Assembly: GCA_945833995.1 (NCBI GenBank)
Contig: CAMAGM010000002.1
Location: 1,301-65,300, forward strand
Length of the DNA: 64,000 nucleotides
Source: an uncultured Prevotella sp.
GTDB taxonomy: Bacteria; Bacteroidota; Bacteroidia; Bacteroidales; Bacteroidaceae
Reading direction: 5' to 3'
The notes beneath the pieces were generated by a model. The model searched no databases. It was not told the DNA's origin and saw nothing but the letters and a program-made list of their open reading frames with translations. The first letter of the stretch is position 1. The number at the start of each line of letters is the position of its first letter. The position numbers were made by a program, and so were the translations under genes. Positions 9,778 to 21,553 of the stretch are shown piece after piece.

Positions 9778-10398
9778 TTATTTCAGGTAGTTTTCAATTT
9801 CTTCTGTCCAGTCCTCGCCGTTGTCCACGAGGAACGTCTTTATTCCAAGGGCTTTTGCAGCCTCAATGTTTCGTGGTCCGTCGTCGAGGAAAAGGGTCTC
9901 ATCTGGCACGAGGTTCTCTCCTTTCAGCACGGCGTTGAAGAAAATCTCGTTTGGCTTCATGGCTCCGCACTTGTAGCTCATATAAGCCTCGTCGAGATAA
10001 TAGGCAAGCGAATGGCCCTCGCCATCAAACTCGTCGCTCATCACCCACGACATCATGTAGGGGTTGGTGTTCGAAAGCAGCACCACGCGATAGCCTCTCT
10101 CCCTCAGCTCTTGCATCTTCCTAAGGTTGCGCTTTGGCACGTCGCCGCAGTAGCCTTTCCAAGCATAGAGGCACTCGTCCCATGTCAGTTCGCGTCCCAC
10201 CAGTAGGCTGAGTTCGCGTCGGAAGTCCTCGTCGCTGATTTTTCCAGCTTCAAGGTCGCCGAATATTCCCTGTTGCGTATAAGCGTCGAGCCGCTGTTCG
10301 GCATCCTCCAGTCCGAGTGCCTTAAACCGCCTTATTGCCTGTTGTTGGTCGAGTGTTATCACCACTCCACCCATATCGAAAAGTATTGTCCTAATCAT
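9778..10398 (-). CDS. HAD family phosphatase
   Basis: FDMGGV, LSNT, KP and LFLDD motifs. Confidence 0.9.
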   Translation of the reverse strand: MIRTILFDMGGVVITLDQQQAIRRFKALGLEDAEQRLDAYTQQGIFGDLEAGKISDEDFRRELSLLVGRELTWDECLYAWKGYCGDVPKRNLRKMQELRERGYRVVLLSNTNPYMMSWVMSDEFDGEGHSLAYYLDEAYMSYKCGAMKPNEIFFNAVLKGENLVPDETLFLDDGPRNIEAAKALGIKTFLVDNGEDWTEEIENYLK

Positions 10399-10406
10399 TC
10401 TTTATT

Positions 10407-10507
10407 TTCTTTTACTCTTTAAACCTTTTAAACCTTTCAAAATCCTCAACCCCTTAACATATCTCACTCCTCACTCCACACTCCTCGCTCCACACTCCTC
10501 ACTCCTC
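10407..10507. repeat. Adjacent 9-mer (TTTAAACC-like) and heptamer (CACTCCT) tandem arrays
   Basis: CTTTAAACCTTTTAAACCTTTC... then about 6 CACTCC(T/A) units; the metH stop lies inside the heptamer array. Confidence 0.85.
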
Positions 10508-13255
10508 GAAGAGCTTCAACTTGTTTTTCCTCGCTTCCTCGATGCTTGCCAGTGGCTTTTGGTTGGCATTGTAGGCATTGCGCATCTGTTCGTATTTCTC
10601 GTTCAGTTCCGCTTCCAGCTTCTCTTCCTCTTCGGTGTTGAGCAGCTGCGAGGCTATTATGGGGTTTTGTGAGGCGTCTTTCATCCAAAGTACAGGACCG
10701 CTATACACAGGGGCTATCTTCAGTGCCACATGGAGTTCGCTCGTCGTCGCGCCGCCAATCATTATTGGTAGTCGCAGACCAGCTTTCTCCATCTCTGTAG
10801 CCACGTTCACCATCTCTTCCAGGCTCGGCGTAATGAGTCCGCTCAGGCCAATGATGTCAACCTTTTCCTCAATGGCTTTCCTCACTATCTGCTCCGTTGG
10901 CACCATCACACCCATGTCAATCACCTCATAGTTGTTGCAAGCCATCACAACACCCACGATGTTCTTTCCAATGTCGTGCACGTCGCCTTTCACCGTTGCC
11001 AGCAACACTTTTCCAGCCTTTGCGCTTCCCTCGGTCTTCTGTGCCTCAATGTGTGGTTGCAGTATTCCTACGGCTTGCTTCATTGTCCTCGCTGTCTTCA
11101 CCACCTGTGGCAGGAACATTTTGCCGCTTCCGAACAGTTTGCCCACGGTGTTCATTCCATCCATCAGCGGACCTTCTATTATGCTCACCGCCTTAGGATA
11201 TTTCTCCAACGCCTCGGCAAGGTCGGTCTCAAGATAGTCGCCAATGCCCTTTATCAGTGCATGCTCCAAGCGCTTCTCCAATGGTTCGCCGCGCCATTTC
11301 TCCTCCTTCTCGTCGTGGCTTGCCGCTGCTCCACCTCCCTTCTGCGCGTCAGCTTCAGCCTTTATCTTCTCAGCCAACTCAATTAGTCGCTCAGCTGCGT
11401 CGGGTCGGCGGTTGAGTATCACGTCCTCTATTGTCTGCAACTGGTCGTCAGGAATGTCGCTGTAGAGCACTTTCGTTGCGGGGTTCACTATGCCGAAGTC
11501 CATTCCCTTTGCAATGGCATGGTAGAGGAACACGGCGTGCATCGCCTCGCGGATGTAGTTGTTGCCACGGAACGAGAACGAGAGGTTGCTCACTCCTCCG
11601 CTCACATGTGCCCCTGGCAGGTTTTTCCTTATCCATTCCGTAGCCCTTATGAAGTCGGCTGCGTAGGCGTTGTGCTCCTCCATGCCTGTGGCTATGGCAA
11701 GCACGTTAGGGTCGAATATTATGTCTAACGGATTCATCCCGACCTCCTTGGTCAGAATTCGGTAAGCCCTCTCCGCTATCTCTATCCTGCGCTCGTAGGT
11801 CGTTGCCTGTCCTTGCTCGTCGAAACACATCACCACAACCGCCGCTCCATAGCGCATCACGTCGCGGGCATGGCTCTTGAACACCTCCTCGCCTTCTTTC
11901 AGCGATATGGAGTTCACAATGCACTTGCCCTGCACGCATTTCAGTCCTGCTGTGATCACGTCCCATTTCGACGAGTCAATCATCACTGGCACGCGGGTCA
12001 CGTCGGGCTCTGCGGCTATGAGGTTGAGGAAAGTCCTCATCTCCTCCTCTGCGTCGAGCAGTCCGTCGTCCATGTTCACGTCTATCACCTGTGCTCCGTC
12101 AGCCACTTGCTTCCTTGCTATGCCTATTGCCTCGTCGTAGCTCTTCTCCTTTATCAGTCGTAGGAATTTCCTTGAGCCAGCCACATTGCATCGCTCTCCC
12201 ACGTTCACGAAGCCCAGCTCGGGTGTCACGTCGAGCAGGTCGAGTCCGCTCAGCCTCATGGTCTCAGGCTTTGCCTTTGGCTGCCGTGGCTTCTTGCCCT
12301 CAGCTAATGGAACATAGCGGGCAATGAACTCGTCTGTCGTGCCGCAGCATCCGCCAACGATGTTCACCAGTCCCTCGTCAATGTATTCTCCTATCTGTGG
12401 AGCCATTGTCTCGGCAGTCTCGTCGTAGAGTCCCATTGAGTTTGGCAGACCTGCGTTGGGGTGTGCGCTCACATACCATGGTGCCTTTCTCGCCAGTTCG
12501 GCAATGAAGGGTTTCATCTGCCGTGCGCCAAACGAGCAGTTCAGTCCTATGGAGAAGATAGGGTAGGAGGCAACGCTTGCCATGAATGCGTCGAGCGTCT
12601 GTCCGCTCAATGTCCTTCCCGCAAGGTCGCTCACCGTCACCGAGAGCATTATCGGCAATTCTTTCCCGAGTTTTCCCATGGCAGTAATTGCCGCATCTAT
12701 TGCCACCTTTGCGTTCAGCGTATCGAATATTGTCTCAATCAGGATTATGTCCGCACCACCTTCCATCAGTCCTTCCATCTGTTCGGTGTAGGCATCAAAC
12801 AGTTGGTCGTAGGTTAGGTCGCGCTTTGCGGGATTGCTCACGTCGGGACTCATCGAGCAGGTCTTGTTCGTTGGTCCCACCGAGCCAGCCACGAAGCGTG
12901 GCTTTTCCTCTGTGCTGTATCGGTCGGCCATTCGCCTTGCTATGCGTGCTCCCTCGAAAGCCATCTCGCGGCTGTAGTCCTCCAACTTGTAGTCGGCTTG
13001 CGATATGCGTTGGCTGCTGAATGTGTTTGTAGATATTATGTCGGCACCCGCTTCAAGATACTTCCTGTGTATGTCCTCTATCACGTTCTGGCACGTTATG
13101 TTGAGCATATCGTTGTTGCCCTTCATCTGTGTCGTCGTGTCTGCAAAGCGGCTGCCTCTGAAATCCTCTTCCGTCAGTCCGTATTTCTGGATCATAGTGC
13201 CCATAGCACCATCCAGAATCAATATACGTTCCTTGACTATATCTCTAATGTCCAT
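10499..13255 (-). CDS. metH: Cobalamin-dependent methionine synthase, lacking the C-terminal reactivation domain
   Basis: DGAMGT, GGCCGT and DVHDIGKN (B12-binding) motifs; 918 aa. Confidence 0.95.
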   Translation of the reverse strand: MDIRDIVKERILILDGAMGTMIQKYGLTEEDFRGSRFADTTTQMKGNNDMLNITCQNVIEDIHRKYLEAGADIISTNTFSSQRISQADYKLEDYSREMAFEGARIARRMADRYSTEEKPRFVAGSVGPTNKTCSMSPDVSNPAKRDLTYDQLFDAYTEQMEGLMEGGADIILIETIFDTLNAKVAIDAAITAMGKLGKELPIMLSVTVSDLAGRTLSGQTLDAFMASVASYPIFSIGLNCSFGARQMKPFIAELARKAPWYVSAHPNAGLPNSMGLYDETAETMAPQIGEYIDEGLVNIVGGCCGTTDEFIARYVPLAEGKKPRQPKAKPETMRLSGLDLLDVTPELGFVNVGERCNVAGSRKFLRLIKEKSYDEAIGIARKQVADGAQVIDVNMDDGLLDAEEEMRTFLNLIAAEPDVTRVPVMIDSSKWDVITAGLKCVQGKCIVNSISLKEGEEVFKSHARDVMRYGAAVVVMCFDEQGQATTYERRIEIAERAYRILTKEVGMNPLDIIFDPNVLAIATGMEEHNAYAADFIRATEWIRKNLPGAHVSGGVSNLSFSFRGNNYIREAMHAVFLYHAIAKGMDFGIVNPATKVLYSDIPDDQLQTIEDVILNRRPDAAERLIELAEKIKAEADAQKGGGAAASHDEKEEKWRGEPLEKRLEHALIKGIGDYLETDLAEALEKYPKAVSIIEGPLMDGMNTVGKLFGSGKMFLPQVVKTARTMKQAVGILQPHIEAQKTEGSAKAGKVLLATVKGDVHDIGKNIVGVVMACNNYEVIDMGVMVPTEQIVRKAIEEKVDIIGLSGLITPSLEEMVNVATEMEKAGLRLPIMIGGATTSELHVALKIAPVYSGPVLWMKDASQNPIIASQLLNTEEEEKLEAELNEKYEQMRNAYNANQKPLASIEEARKNKLKLFEE

Positions 13256-13294
13256 ATAATAAATGTATTAAGCTTAGCATTAGCTCCACTTTAT

Positions 13295-13335
13295 GGAGTT
13301 AAGTAGTGTCTTAACTCCTTGAACTCCTTAACTCC
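13295..13335. repeat. GGAGTTAA / TTAACTCC 8-9-mer palindromic element
   Basis: GGAGTTAAG-tagtgt-CTTAACTCC-TTGAACTCC-TTAACTCC; same family as 22411-22528. Confidence 0.8.
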
Positions 13336-13355
13336 AGTAATACTTAATTCTTCAC

Positions 13356-13835
13356 TCAATAATGTTTCATTGCCCTGTCCATCTCCCTTCGGTCCTCTTT
13401 CTCCTTCAGCGTTTGTCGCTTGTCAAACACCTTTTTACCCTTGCATAGGGCGATGTCCATCTTGGCTCGTCCGTTCTGGTCGATGAATACGAGAAGTGGA
13501 ACTATCGTGTAGCCAGTCTGTTTAGTAGCGCTTTCAAGCTTCTGAATCTCTTTCCTGTTCAGCAGCAGTTTCCTGTCGCGCTTCATCTCGTGGTTGTTGT
13601 ATGAGCCGTAGAAATAAGGGCTTACGCTCATTCCCTTCACCCAAATCTCACCATTGGTGATAAAGCAAAAGGTGTCCACCAACGAGGCCTTGCCAAGTCT
13701 GATGGACTTTATCTCTGTGCCTGTCAGCACTATTCCCGCCGTGAAAGTCTCAATGAAGAAATACTCAAACGAGGCTTTCTTGTTGCGTATGTTGACCGGA
13801 CTTTTCTTCCTTATGTTCAGTTCGTCTTTATTCAT
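13356..13835 (-). CDS. smpB: SsrA-binding protein
   Basis: [23 protein letters not shown] and GKKVFDKR motifs. Confidence 0.97.
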   Translation of the reverse strand: MNKDELNIRKKSPVNIRNKKASFEYFFIETFTAGIVLTGTEIKSIRLGKASLVDTFCFITNGEIWVKGMSVSPYFYGSYNNHEMKRDRKLLLNRKEIQKLESATKQTGYTIVPLLVFIDQNGRAKMDIALCKGKKVFDKRQTLKEKEDRREMDRAMKHY

Positions 13836-14341
13836 TCTTCTTTTACTGTTGCAAAACGTTCAATGTTGTTGTCTATGTATTCTGCCACCTGTGCGGTCCA
13901 ACGCTCCTCGTTCTCCACGAACTCGTCGTCGAAGTCGTCAAACTCAGGCATTTTCTCAAACAGACCCATGAACTCGTCGTCCGTGCAGTCGCGCATTATC
14001 TCGTCCTTGTGTGTCCGATAGAGCCGTTTCACCTCGTAAATCATCTTCGACAGGTCGCGCAGTCCCCAGTCCTTTATAGCCTTAGCAAATGGGTTGAGGA
14101 AGATGAAGTCGCCGTAGCCATTATGTATCAGCTGCACGAATCCGCCGTCCATCACCTCCTCGTGCAGGGCGTGGTAAGCCCACAGCGTCAGCTGGTCGGC
14201 ATTGAGCTGAGCCATTGTCTCGGCTGTCAGTTCACCACCCACCGCCTCTGATATGGCGTTGAAAAACACATCGACGAACTCGTCCATTCCCTCGCTTGCC
14301 GCACGTCGCAAGTCTGAATCTTTCACAAATATCTCTTTCAT
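13832..14341 (-). CDS. DMP19/DUF4375-like acidic protein
   Basis: Very acidic; [16 protein letters not shown] motif; start MKEIF after a TAnnTTTG element. Confidence 0.7.
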   Translation of the reverse strand: MKEIFVKDSDLRRAASEGMDEFVDVFFNAISEAVGGELTAETMAQLNADQLTLWAYHALHEEVMDGGFVQLIHNGYGDFIFLNPFAKAIKDWGLRDLSKMIYEVKRLYRTHKDEIMRDCTDDEFMGLFEKMPEFDDFDDEFVENEERWTAQVAEYIDNNIERFATVKEE

Positions 14342-14411
14342 ACGAGTGCAAAGGTAATAATAATGTGTGAAATGGCAAAATAAATTAGTCTTTATTTTCA
14401 TTTTACAAGAC

Positions 14412-14996
14412 CTAAGGTCTTATATAGTCGAACACCTTGGCATACTGCTCGGCTTTCTTCTCGGGCTTCATGGGATAGGCGCGGGAGGAGCTGGGCATGC
14501 GGTAGAGGCGGAGGAGGCGGGACGTGTTGGGAAGTGGGAACTCGACGTATTCGCCTACTTTGGGTATGGTAATGTCGAAGTGGCGGCAGAAGGTCTCGGT
14601 GGCAAGCTGACCGGCGGTGACTACCGCCTTGCACTCGGGCAGCGAAAGGAGCATGGAGGTGACGTCGGTTGGCTCAATGATTTCGAGATCCTTGTCGGAG
14701 GCGGTGTTCTTTGTGCGGCAGACGCGTACGGCGGTGTCGAAAAGGGCAATGCCATGCTGGGTTAGGAACTGCTTTATGCGATCAACGTCGAAGCGCTTCT
14801 CGCCAGGGACGATGAAATGGTTCTTGTCGGAAAAATAGTGGATGCCGAAGATGCGCCACATGTCGTTCATGAAGTTGGGGTAGTAGAACTTCATGCACCA
14901 GCGCTTCTCCGAGGGTGGGAAAGTGCCGAGCATCAGCAACCGTGCGCCTTTAGGCAGGAAAGGCTCGAAGGGATGTGTCTCTATTGTCTTGTCCAT
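14412..14996 (-). CDS. Uracil-DNA glycosylase superfamily protein
   Basis: LMLGTFPP, FYYPN..NDMW and MPSSS motifs. Confidence 0.8.
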   Translation of the reverse strand: MDKTIETHPFEPFLPKGARLLMLGTFPPSEKRWCMKFYYPNFMNDMWRIFGIHYFSDKNHFIVPGEKRFDVDRIKQFLTQHGIALFDTAVRVCRTKNTASDKDLEIIEPTDVTSMLLSLPECKAVVTAGQLATETFCRHFDITIPKVGEYVEFPLPNTSRLLRLYRMPSSSRAYPMKPEKKAEQYAKVFDYIRP

Positions 14997-15129
14997 TGTG
15001 AAAGTTGTTTTGGTTGCAAAGTTACATGAAATATCTGCTTACTCAAAAAAATAGTGAAAAAAAGTGTGTTTTATTTTGCGGTTCAGCATATTATTATTAA
15101 TTTTGCCCACAGAAATCCAGCCAAACGGG

Positions 15130-15212
15130 CTGGTAGGGGTGCTTGAACGTTTGTTCAGGCTGAGATTACACCCGTAGAACCTGACGCGGATAATGCCGCC
15201 GTAGGGATAAGA
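15130..15212 (+). promoter_or_regulatory. TPP riboswitch (thi-box)
   Basis: GGGGTGC..GCTGAGAT..ACCCGTAGAACCTGA..GGATAATGCCG.CGTAGGGA consensus upstream of thiG; promoter TAATTTTG at 15098-15105. Confidence 0.95.
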
Positions 15213-15285
15213 AAACGACGAGAACAACGCAATCTCAGAGCATCTCCTTATTTGATAATTTATATTGTTTTATACCATTACGACA

Positions 15286-16062
15286 ATGGAAAAATTGATT
15301 ATTGCAGGTAAGGAATTCAACTCCCGACTGTTTCTTGGAACAGGAAAATTCGGTTCCAACGACATTATGAGCAAGGCCATCGAGGCTTCGGAAACGGAGA
15401 TGGTGACGATGGCGATGAAACGCATCGACCTTGACGACGAGGGTGACGACATGCTTCGCCACATTGTACGTCCAGGCATACAGCTGCTACCCAACACATC
15501 GGGCACACGCAACGCTGAGGAGGCCGTGTTTGCAGCAAAGATGGCTTGTGAGGCCTTCGGAACAAACTGGCTGAAACTGGAAATCCATCCCGACCCCCGC
15601 TATCTGCTGCCCGACCCAGTGGAGACGCTGAAGGCTACTGAACTGCTGGTGAAGGAAGGCTTCGTCGTGCTGCCTTACTGTCAGGCAGACCCAGTGCTCT
15701 GCAAGCGACTGGCTGAGGCTGGTGCTGCCACGGTGATGCCACTGGCTGCTCCAATAGGCACTAACAAGGGCTTGCGCACCATCGACTTCCTCAACATCAT
15801 CATCGAGGAGGCAACGGTGCCTGTTGTGGTTGATGCCGGAATAGGTGCCCCAAGCGATGCCGCCAAGGCAATGGAGATAGGTGCCGACGCATGTCTCGTG
15901 AATACTGCCATCTCAGTGGCTGGTGACCCAATTGCCATGGCCCGCGCCTTCAAGAAGGCAGTGGAGTGCGGTCGCGAGGCTTATGAGGCAGGACTTGCAC
16001 AGCAACAGGCCGACATGACTGCCGAAGCCAGCTCGCCATTGACAGCGTTTTTGAATGTGTAA
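15286..16062 (+). CDS. thiG: Thiazole synthase
   Basis: [20 protein letters not shown] and VVVDAGIG motifs. Confidence 0.97.
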   Translation: MEKLIIAGKEFNSRLFLGTGKFGSNDIMSKAIEASETEMVTMAMKRIDLDDEGDDMLRHIVRPGIQLLPNTSGTRNAEEAVFAAKMACEAFGTNWLKLEIHPDPRYLLPDPVETLKATELLVKEGFVVLPYCQADPVLCKRLAEAGAATVMPLAAPIGTNKGLRTIDFLNIIIEEATVPVVVDAGIGAPSDAAKAMEIGADACLVNTAISVAGDPIAMARAFKKAVECGREAYEAGLAQQQADMTAEASSPLTAFLNV

Positions 16063-16066
16063 GGGT

Positions 16067-16182
16067 TTTAGAGGGTAGAAGGTAGAAGGTAGAAGGTAGA
16101 GGGTAGAGAATAGTTCTACCCGTGATTTTGAGGCAGTTCAGTATTCTCTTCCCTCTACCTTCTCCCCTCTACCCTCTCAAAA
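16067..16182. repeat. Palindromic heptamer element (GGTAGAA)n - core - (TCTACC)n
   Basis: Five left units and degenerate complementary right units. Confidence 0.88.
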
Positions 16183-16191
16183 AAAACATCT

Positions 16192-16389
16192 ATGAAAATA
16201 AAAATCAACAACAAGGAGGTTGAGACACAGGCGGTGACCGTGGCTGACCTCGCTAAGGAACAGAAACTGCCTGAGAAGGGTGTGGCACTGGCAATAAGCA
16301 ACGAGATGGTGCCACGCACGGAATGGGAAAACCGCCAGCTGAAAGATGGCGACGACATAGTCATACTGAAGGCTTTCTGCGGAGGATAA
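16192..16389 (+). CDS. thiS: Sulfur carrier protein
   Basis: 65 aa ubiquitin-like protein ending in GG. Confidence 0.95.
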   Translation: MKIKINNKEVETQAVTVADLAKEQKLPEKGVALAISNEMVPRTEWENRQLKDGDDIVILKAFCGG

Positions 16390-16390
16390 G

Positions 16391-16505
16391 TCCAGCGGCT
16401 TGCCGCTGGAAATTAAAATATTAAAGGGTTAAAGTTCGACAGGCAACAACTCGTCAGCTTGTCAACAACACTTTAATTTTTTAATCCTTTAATTCTTTAA
16501 TCTCA
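16391..16505. repeat. REP-like palindrome TCCAGCGGC-TT-GCCGCTGGA followed by an 8-mer palindromic element (TTAAAG / TTTAAT units)
   Basis: Read directly between thiS and thiH. Confidence 0.8.
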
Positions 16506-16525
16506 ATTTTGTAAAAATTGATACA

Positions 16526-17668
16526 ATGTTTTACGACGAAATACAGAAATACGATTGGGACGAGACAACCCAACAGATAATGGGCAAGACCGACGCCGAC
16601 GTGCGCCGTGCGCTTGCCAAAAGCCATCTGAGCGTCGATGACTTCATGGCGTTAGTGTCGCCAGCCGCCGACAAATATCTTGAGCCGATGGCACGTCTGA
16701 GCCAGCGCATTACACGTGAGCGTTTCGGTAAGACGATAAACATGTTCATACCTATTTATATTGCGAACTCGTGCTCCAACTCCTGCGTCTATTGCGGATT
16801 CCATGTGCAGAACCCAATGGCACGCACCATATTGACCGAAGAGGAAATAGTGCGCGAATATGAGGCGATAAAGAAACTCGGGCCATTTGACAACCTCTTG
16901 GTGCTTACTGGTGAGAACAAGGTGCTGACGGGAGTGAAATACATAGCAAGGGCTCTCGACCTCGCAAAGCCTTACTTCAACAACCTGCAGATAGAGGTGA
17001 TGCCCCTGGCAGCCGAAGAATATGCCGAGCTACGCAACCACGGACTGAACGGAGTAATCTGCTTCCAGGAGACATACAACGAGAAACGATATAAGGTGTA
17101 TCACCCACGAGGCCCGAAGTCGAACTACGAGTGGCGACTGAACGGCTACGACCGAATGGGGCAGGCCGGTGTACACAAGATAGGTATGGGAGCCTTGATA
17201 GGACTTGAAGACTGGCGCACGGAGGTGGTGATGCTTGCACGCCATCTGCGCTATTTGGAGAAGACCTACTGGCGCACACAATACTCTGTGAACTTCCCAC
17301 GAATGAGAATGGCAGAGAACGGAGGATTCCAGCCAAACGTGGAGATGACCGACCGCGAGCTGGCACAGGTGACATTTGCCATGCGCATATTCGACCACGA
17401 CGTTGACATTTCTTATTCCACACGAGAGACGGCAGAGGTGCGCAACAACATGGCAACATTGGGCGTGACCACGATGAGTGCCGAAAGCCATACCGACCCA
17501 GGAGGCTACTGCTGCCATCCCGAGTCGTTGGCGCAGTTTGACGTGAGCGACACACGCACGGCAAAGCAGGTGGATGCCGACCTCAGAGCCTTGGGCATGG
17601 AGCCAGTGTGGAAGAATTGGGACAGAAGCTTTGATGTAGCCCCCTCCAGCTCCCCCAGGGGGGAGTGA
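16526..17668 (+). CDS. thiH: 2-iminoacetate synthase (radical SAM)
   Basis: CSNSCVYCGF motif, QETY, and operon context. Confidence 0.95.
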   Translation: MFYDEIQKYDWDETTQQIMGKTDADVRRALAKSHLSVDDFMALVSPAADKYLEPMARLSQRITRERFGKTINMFIPIYIANSCSNSCVYCGFHVQNPMARTILTEEEIVREYEAIKKLGPFDNLLVLTGENKVLTGVKYIARALDLAKPYFNNLQIEVMPLAAEEYAELRNHGLNGVICFQETYNEKRYKVYHPRGPKSNYEWRLNGYDRMGQAGVHKIGMGALIGLEDWRTEVVMLARHLRYLEKTYWRTQYSVNFPRMRMAENGGFQPNVEMTDRELAQVTFAMRIFDHDVDISYSTRETAEVRNNMATLGVTTMSAESHTDPGGYCCHPESLAQFDVSDTRTAKQVDADLRALGMEPVWKNWDRSFDVAPSSSPRGE

Positions 17669-17748
17669 AAAGAGGCGCTTTGATTCAGAACTAATAAAAT
17701 ATGAAGATGAACAAATCTCCCCTCCCCAGGGAGGGGGCGGGGGTGGGC
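17639..17748. repeat. GC-rich REP-like doublet (CCCCTCCCC..GGGAGGGG type)
   Basis: Two mutually inverted GC palindromes overlapping the thiH end and the thiD start. Confidence 0.8.
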
Positions 17749-18576
17749 CAATATATTGCAACCCTCACCATAGCGGGGAGCGACTCGTCGGGAGGTGCAG
17801 GCATACAGGCCGACATCAAGACCATGTCGGCGCTTGGATGCTATGCCGCTTCTGCCATTACGGCAATAACGGTGCAGAACACGCTTGGTGTGACTGCCGT
17901 CCATGCCGTGCCGCCAGAGATTGTGGCAGGGCAGATTAAGGCTGTGATGGACGACATTGAGCCACGAGCCGTAAAGATAGGCATGGTGAACGATGCAGCT
18001 ACCATTCATGCCATTGCCGAAACGCTAAGGCAATACAGCTTGACGCACCTCGTGGTTGACCCCGTGATGGTGGCAACGAGCGGTTCGCGGTTGATGCAGG
18101 ACGATGCCGTTGAGGTCTTTTGCCGTGAGCTCTTGCCTCTCGCCACTCTGCTAACTCCTAATGTGCCTGAGGCAGAGGTGCTGTCGGGCATAAAGATAAC
18201 CGACAAGGCAACCATGGACAAGGCTGCCCTCCGTGTGTTGCAACTCGGTTGCAACAATCTCCTAATCAAGGGCGGACACTTGGCAGGGCAGAAGGTGGAC
18301 AGGCTTTACGGCGAGGTGGAGCGTGAGTATGTGGCTGAGAATGTGGCAACACGCAACACCCACGGCACAGGCTGTTCGCTCTCGTCGGCAATTACATCGT
18401 TTTTGGCGCAAGGCTTTGCAACAGACGAGGCGATAGGCAAGGCAAAGGAGTGGCTAACCGAGGCACTCAAGGCGGGGGCTAACGTGGAGATAGGTCATGG
18501 TCACGGCCCTGTAAACCATTTTTTCAACCCAAGGAGTCTTGTCACTTTAAAAAGAAATAGCGATTCTTCATGTTAA
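17701..18576 (+). CDS. thiD: Hydroxymethylpyrimidine/phosphomethylpyrimidine kinase
   Basis: TIAGSDSSGGAGIQADIKT, LTPN and THGTGC motifs; exact start uncertain. Confidence 0.95.
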   Translation: MKMNKSPLPREGAGVGQYIATLTIAGSDSSGGAGIQADIKTMSALGCYAASAITAITVQNTLGVTAVHAVPPEIVAGQIKAVMDDIEPRAVKIGMVNDAATIHAIAETLRQYSLTHLVVDPVMVATSGSRLMQDDAVEVFCRELLPLATLLTPNVPEAEVLSGIKITDKATMDKAALRVLQLGCNNLLIKGGHLAGQKVDRLYGEVEREYVAENVATRNTHGTGCSLSSAITSFLAQGFATDEAIGKAKEWLTEALKAGANVEIGHGHGPVNHFFNPRSLVTLKRNSDSSC

Positions 18577-18606
18577 TTCTTAATTCTTAATTTTTAATTC
18601 TTCATT
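18573..18606. repeat. (TTAATTC)n heptamer array
   Basis: Four units plus a partial one; contains the thiD stop. Confidence 0.85.
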
Positions 18607-18614
18607 AGAAAGCT

Positions 18615-19216
18615 ATGAGAGCAATACAATTCATAACCCACGAAACGGAAACCATAGGCTATGTAGAAGGAGCGCGAATGGCTCTCGAAGGCGGTTGCCG
18701 ATGGATTCAGCTTAGAATGAAAGACGCCTCTGACGACGAGGTGCGTAAGGCGGCTGCTGAGATTCAGCCCTTGTGCAAGGCCCACGATGCCATTTTCCTT
18801 TTGGACGACCGTGTTGAGCTGGCTAAGGAGCTGAAGGCCGACGGTGTACACCTTGGCAAGAACGACATGCCCGTTGATGAGGCTCGACGTGTGCTTGGCG
18901 AGGAGTTTATCATCGGTGGTACGGCAAACACCTTTGAGGACATTGAACGGCTGGCAAGTCAAGGAGCCGACTACATAGGCTGCGGTCCCTTCCGCTTCAC
19001 CACGACAAAGAAGAACCTTGCTCCTGTGCTTGGCTTGGAAGGCTATCGCGACATCATTGCCAAAATGGAAGACGCTGGCATCGACTTGCCTGTAGTTGCC
19101 ATTGGCGGCATAACAGCCGACGACATCGACGAGATACTTGCCACGGGAGTACGTGGAATAGCTCTCAGCGGTACGATATTGAGAGCTGAGAATCCTGTGG
19201 AGGAAATGAGATTTAT

Positions 19217-19235
<19 letters not shown>
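18615..19235 (+). CDS. thiE: Thiamine-phosphate synthase
   Basis: QLRMK, DGVHLG, ADYIGCGP and VAIGGI motifs. Confidence 0.95.
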
Positions 19236-20896
<1,661 letters not shown>

Positions 20897-20902
20897 GTTG
20901 AA

Positions 20903-20944
20903 ATTGAGAATTAAAAATTAAGAATTAAGAATTAAAGATTAAAG
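20903..20944. repeat. (GAATTAA)n heptamer array
   Basis: Four to five units after the thiC stop. Confidence 0.85.
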
Positions 20945-20947
20945 TTC

Positions 20948-21553
20948 GTGACAGACTTTAGACTTATAGTGATAACACAGCCCTCGTTCGTTTCGGACGA
21001 GGGCATGTTGATTAACACCCTGTTTGAGAATGGGATTGACAGGGTTCATATCAGGAAGCTGGGAGCTTCGGGGGAGGAGCATAGGAGGCTGATAGAGCAG
21101 ATTGACGGGCGGTGGCATGACAGGTTGTCGCTGCACGACTGCCATGACGTTGCCGTGGAATATGGTTGCGGAGTGCATCTGAACGGAAGGAATCCCTATC
21201 CGCCGCAAATCGAGGGTGGGGTGGTGCTGTCGGCATCGTGCCATTCGCTAGCCGAAGTGGTTGAGAGGAAAAAGGTGTGCGACTACGTTTTCCTAAGCCC
21301 CATTTTCGACAGCATTTCCAAGCAAGGCTATGGTTCGGCTTTCACAGAAGACGATATAAAGAAAGCCACCCAAAGCGGCATCGTCGATAGTCGGGTGATG
21401 GCATTGGGTGGCGTGTGTCTTGATAACTTGAGTCTTGTAAAGGATATGGGCTTTGGAGGAGCCGCCTTGCTTGGCGACGTGTGGCGCGACTTTACTTTAT
21501 TTTGTCGAAACCTTCGCCAAACACTCCCTGGCAGAACGACTGCGATACCATAG
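20948..21553 (+). CDS. Second ThiE/TenI-like protein
   Basis: GTG start; HIRK, SASCHS, DYVFLSPIFDSISK and ALGGV motifs. Confidence 0.85.
   Translation: MTDFRLIVITQPSFVSDEGMLINTLFENGIDRVHIRKLGASGEEHRRLIEQIDGRWHDRLSLHDCHDVAVEYGCGVHLNGRNPYPPQIEGGVVLSASCHSLAEVVERKKVCDYVFLSPIFDSISKQGYGSAFTEDDIKKATQSGIVDSRVMALGGVCLDNLSLVKDMGFGGAALLGDVWRDFTLFCRNLRQTLPGRTTAIP

Noticed and set aside
10464-10688. 74-aa ORF ending in VRSVERGVWSEE
   Set aside because: Alternative frame of metH running into the heptamer array.
10499-13255. metH as a pseudogene truncated by the repeat
   Set aside because: MetH of about 915 aa with a separately encoded reactivation domain is, to my knowledge, normal in Bacteroidales.
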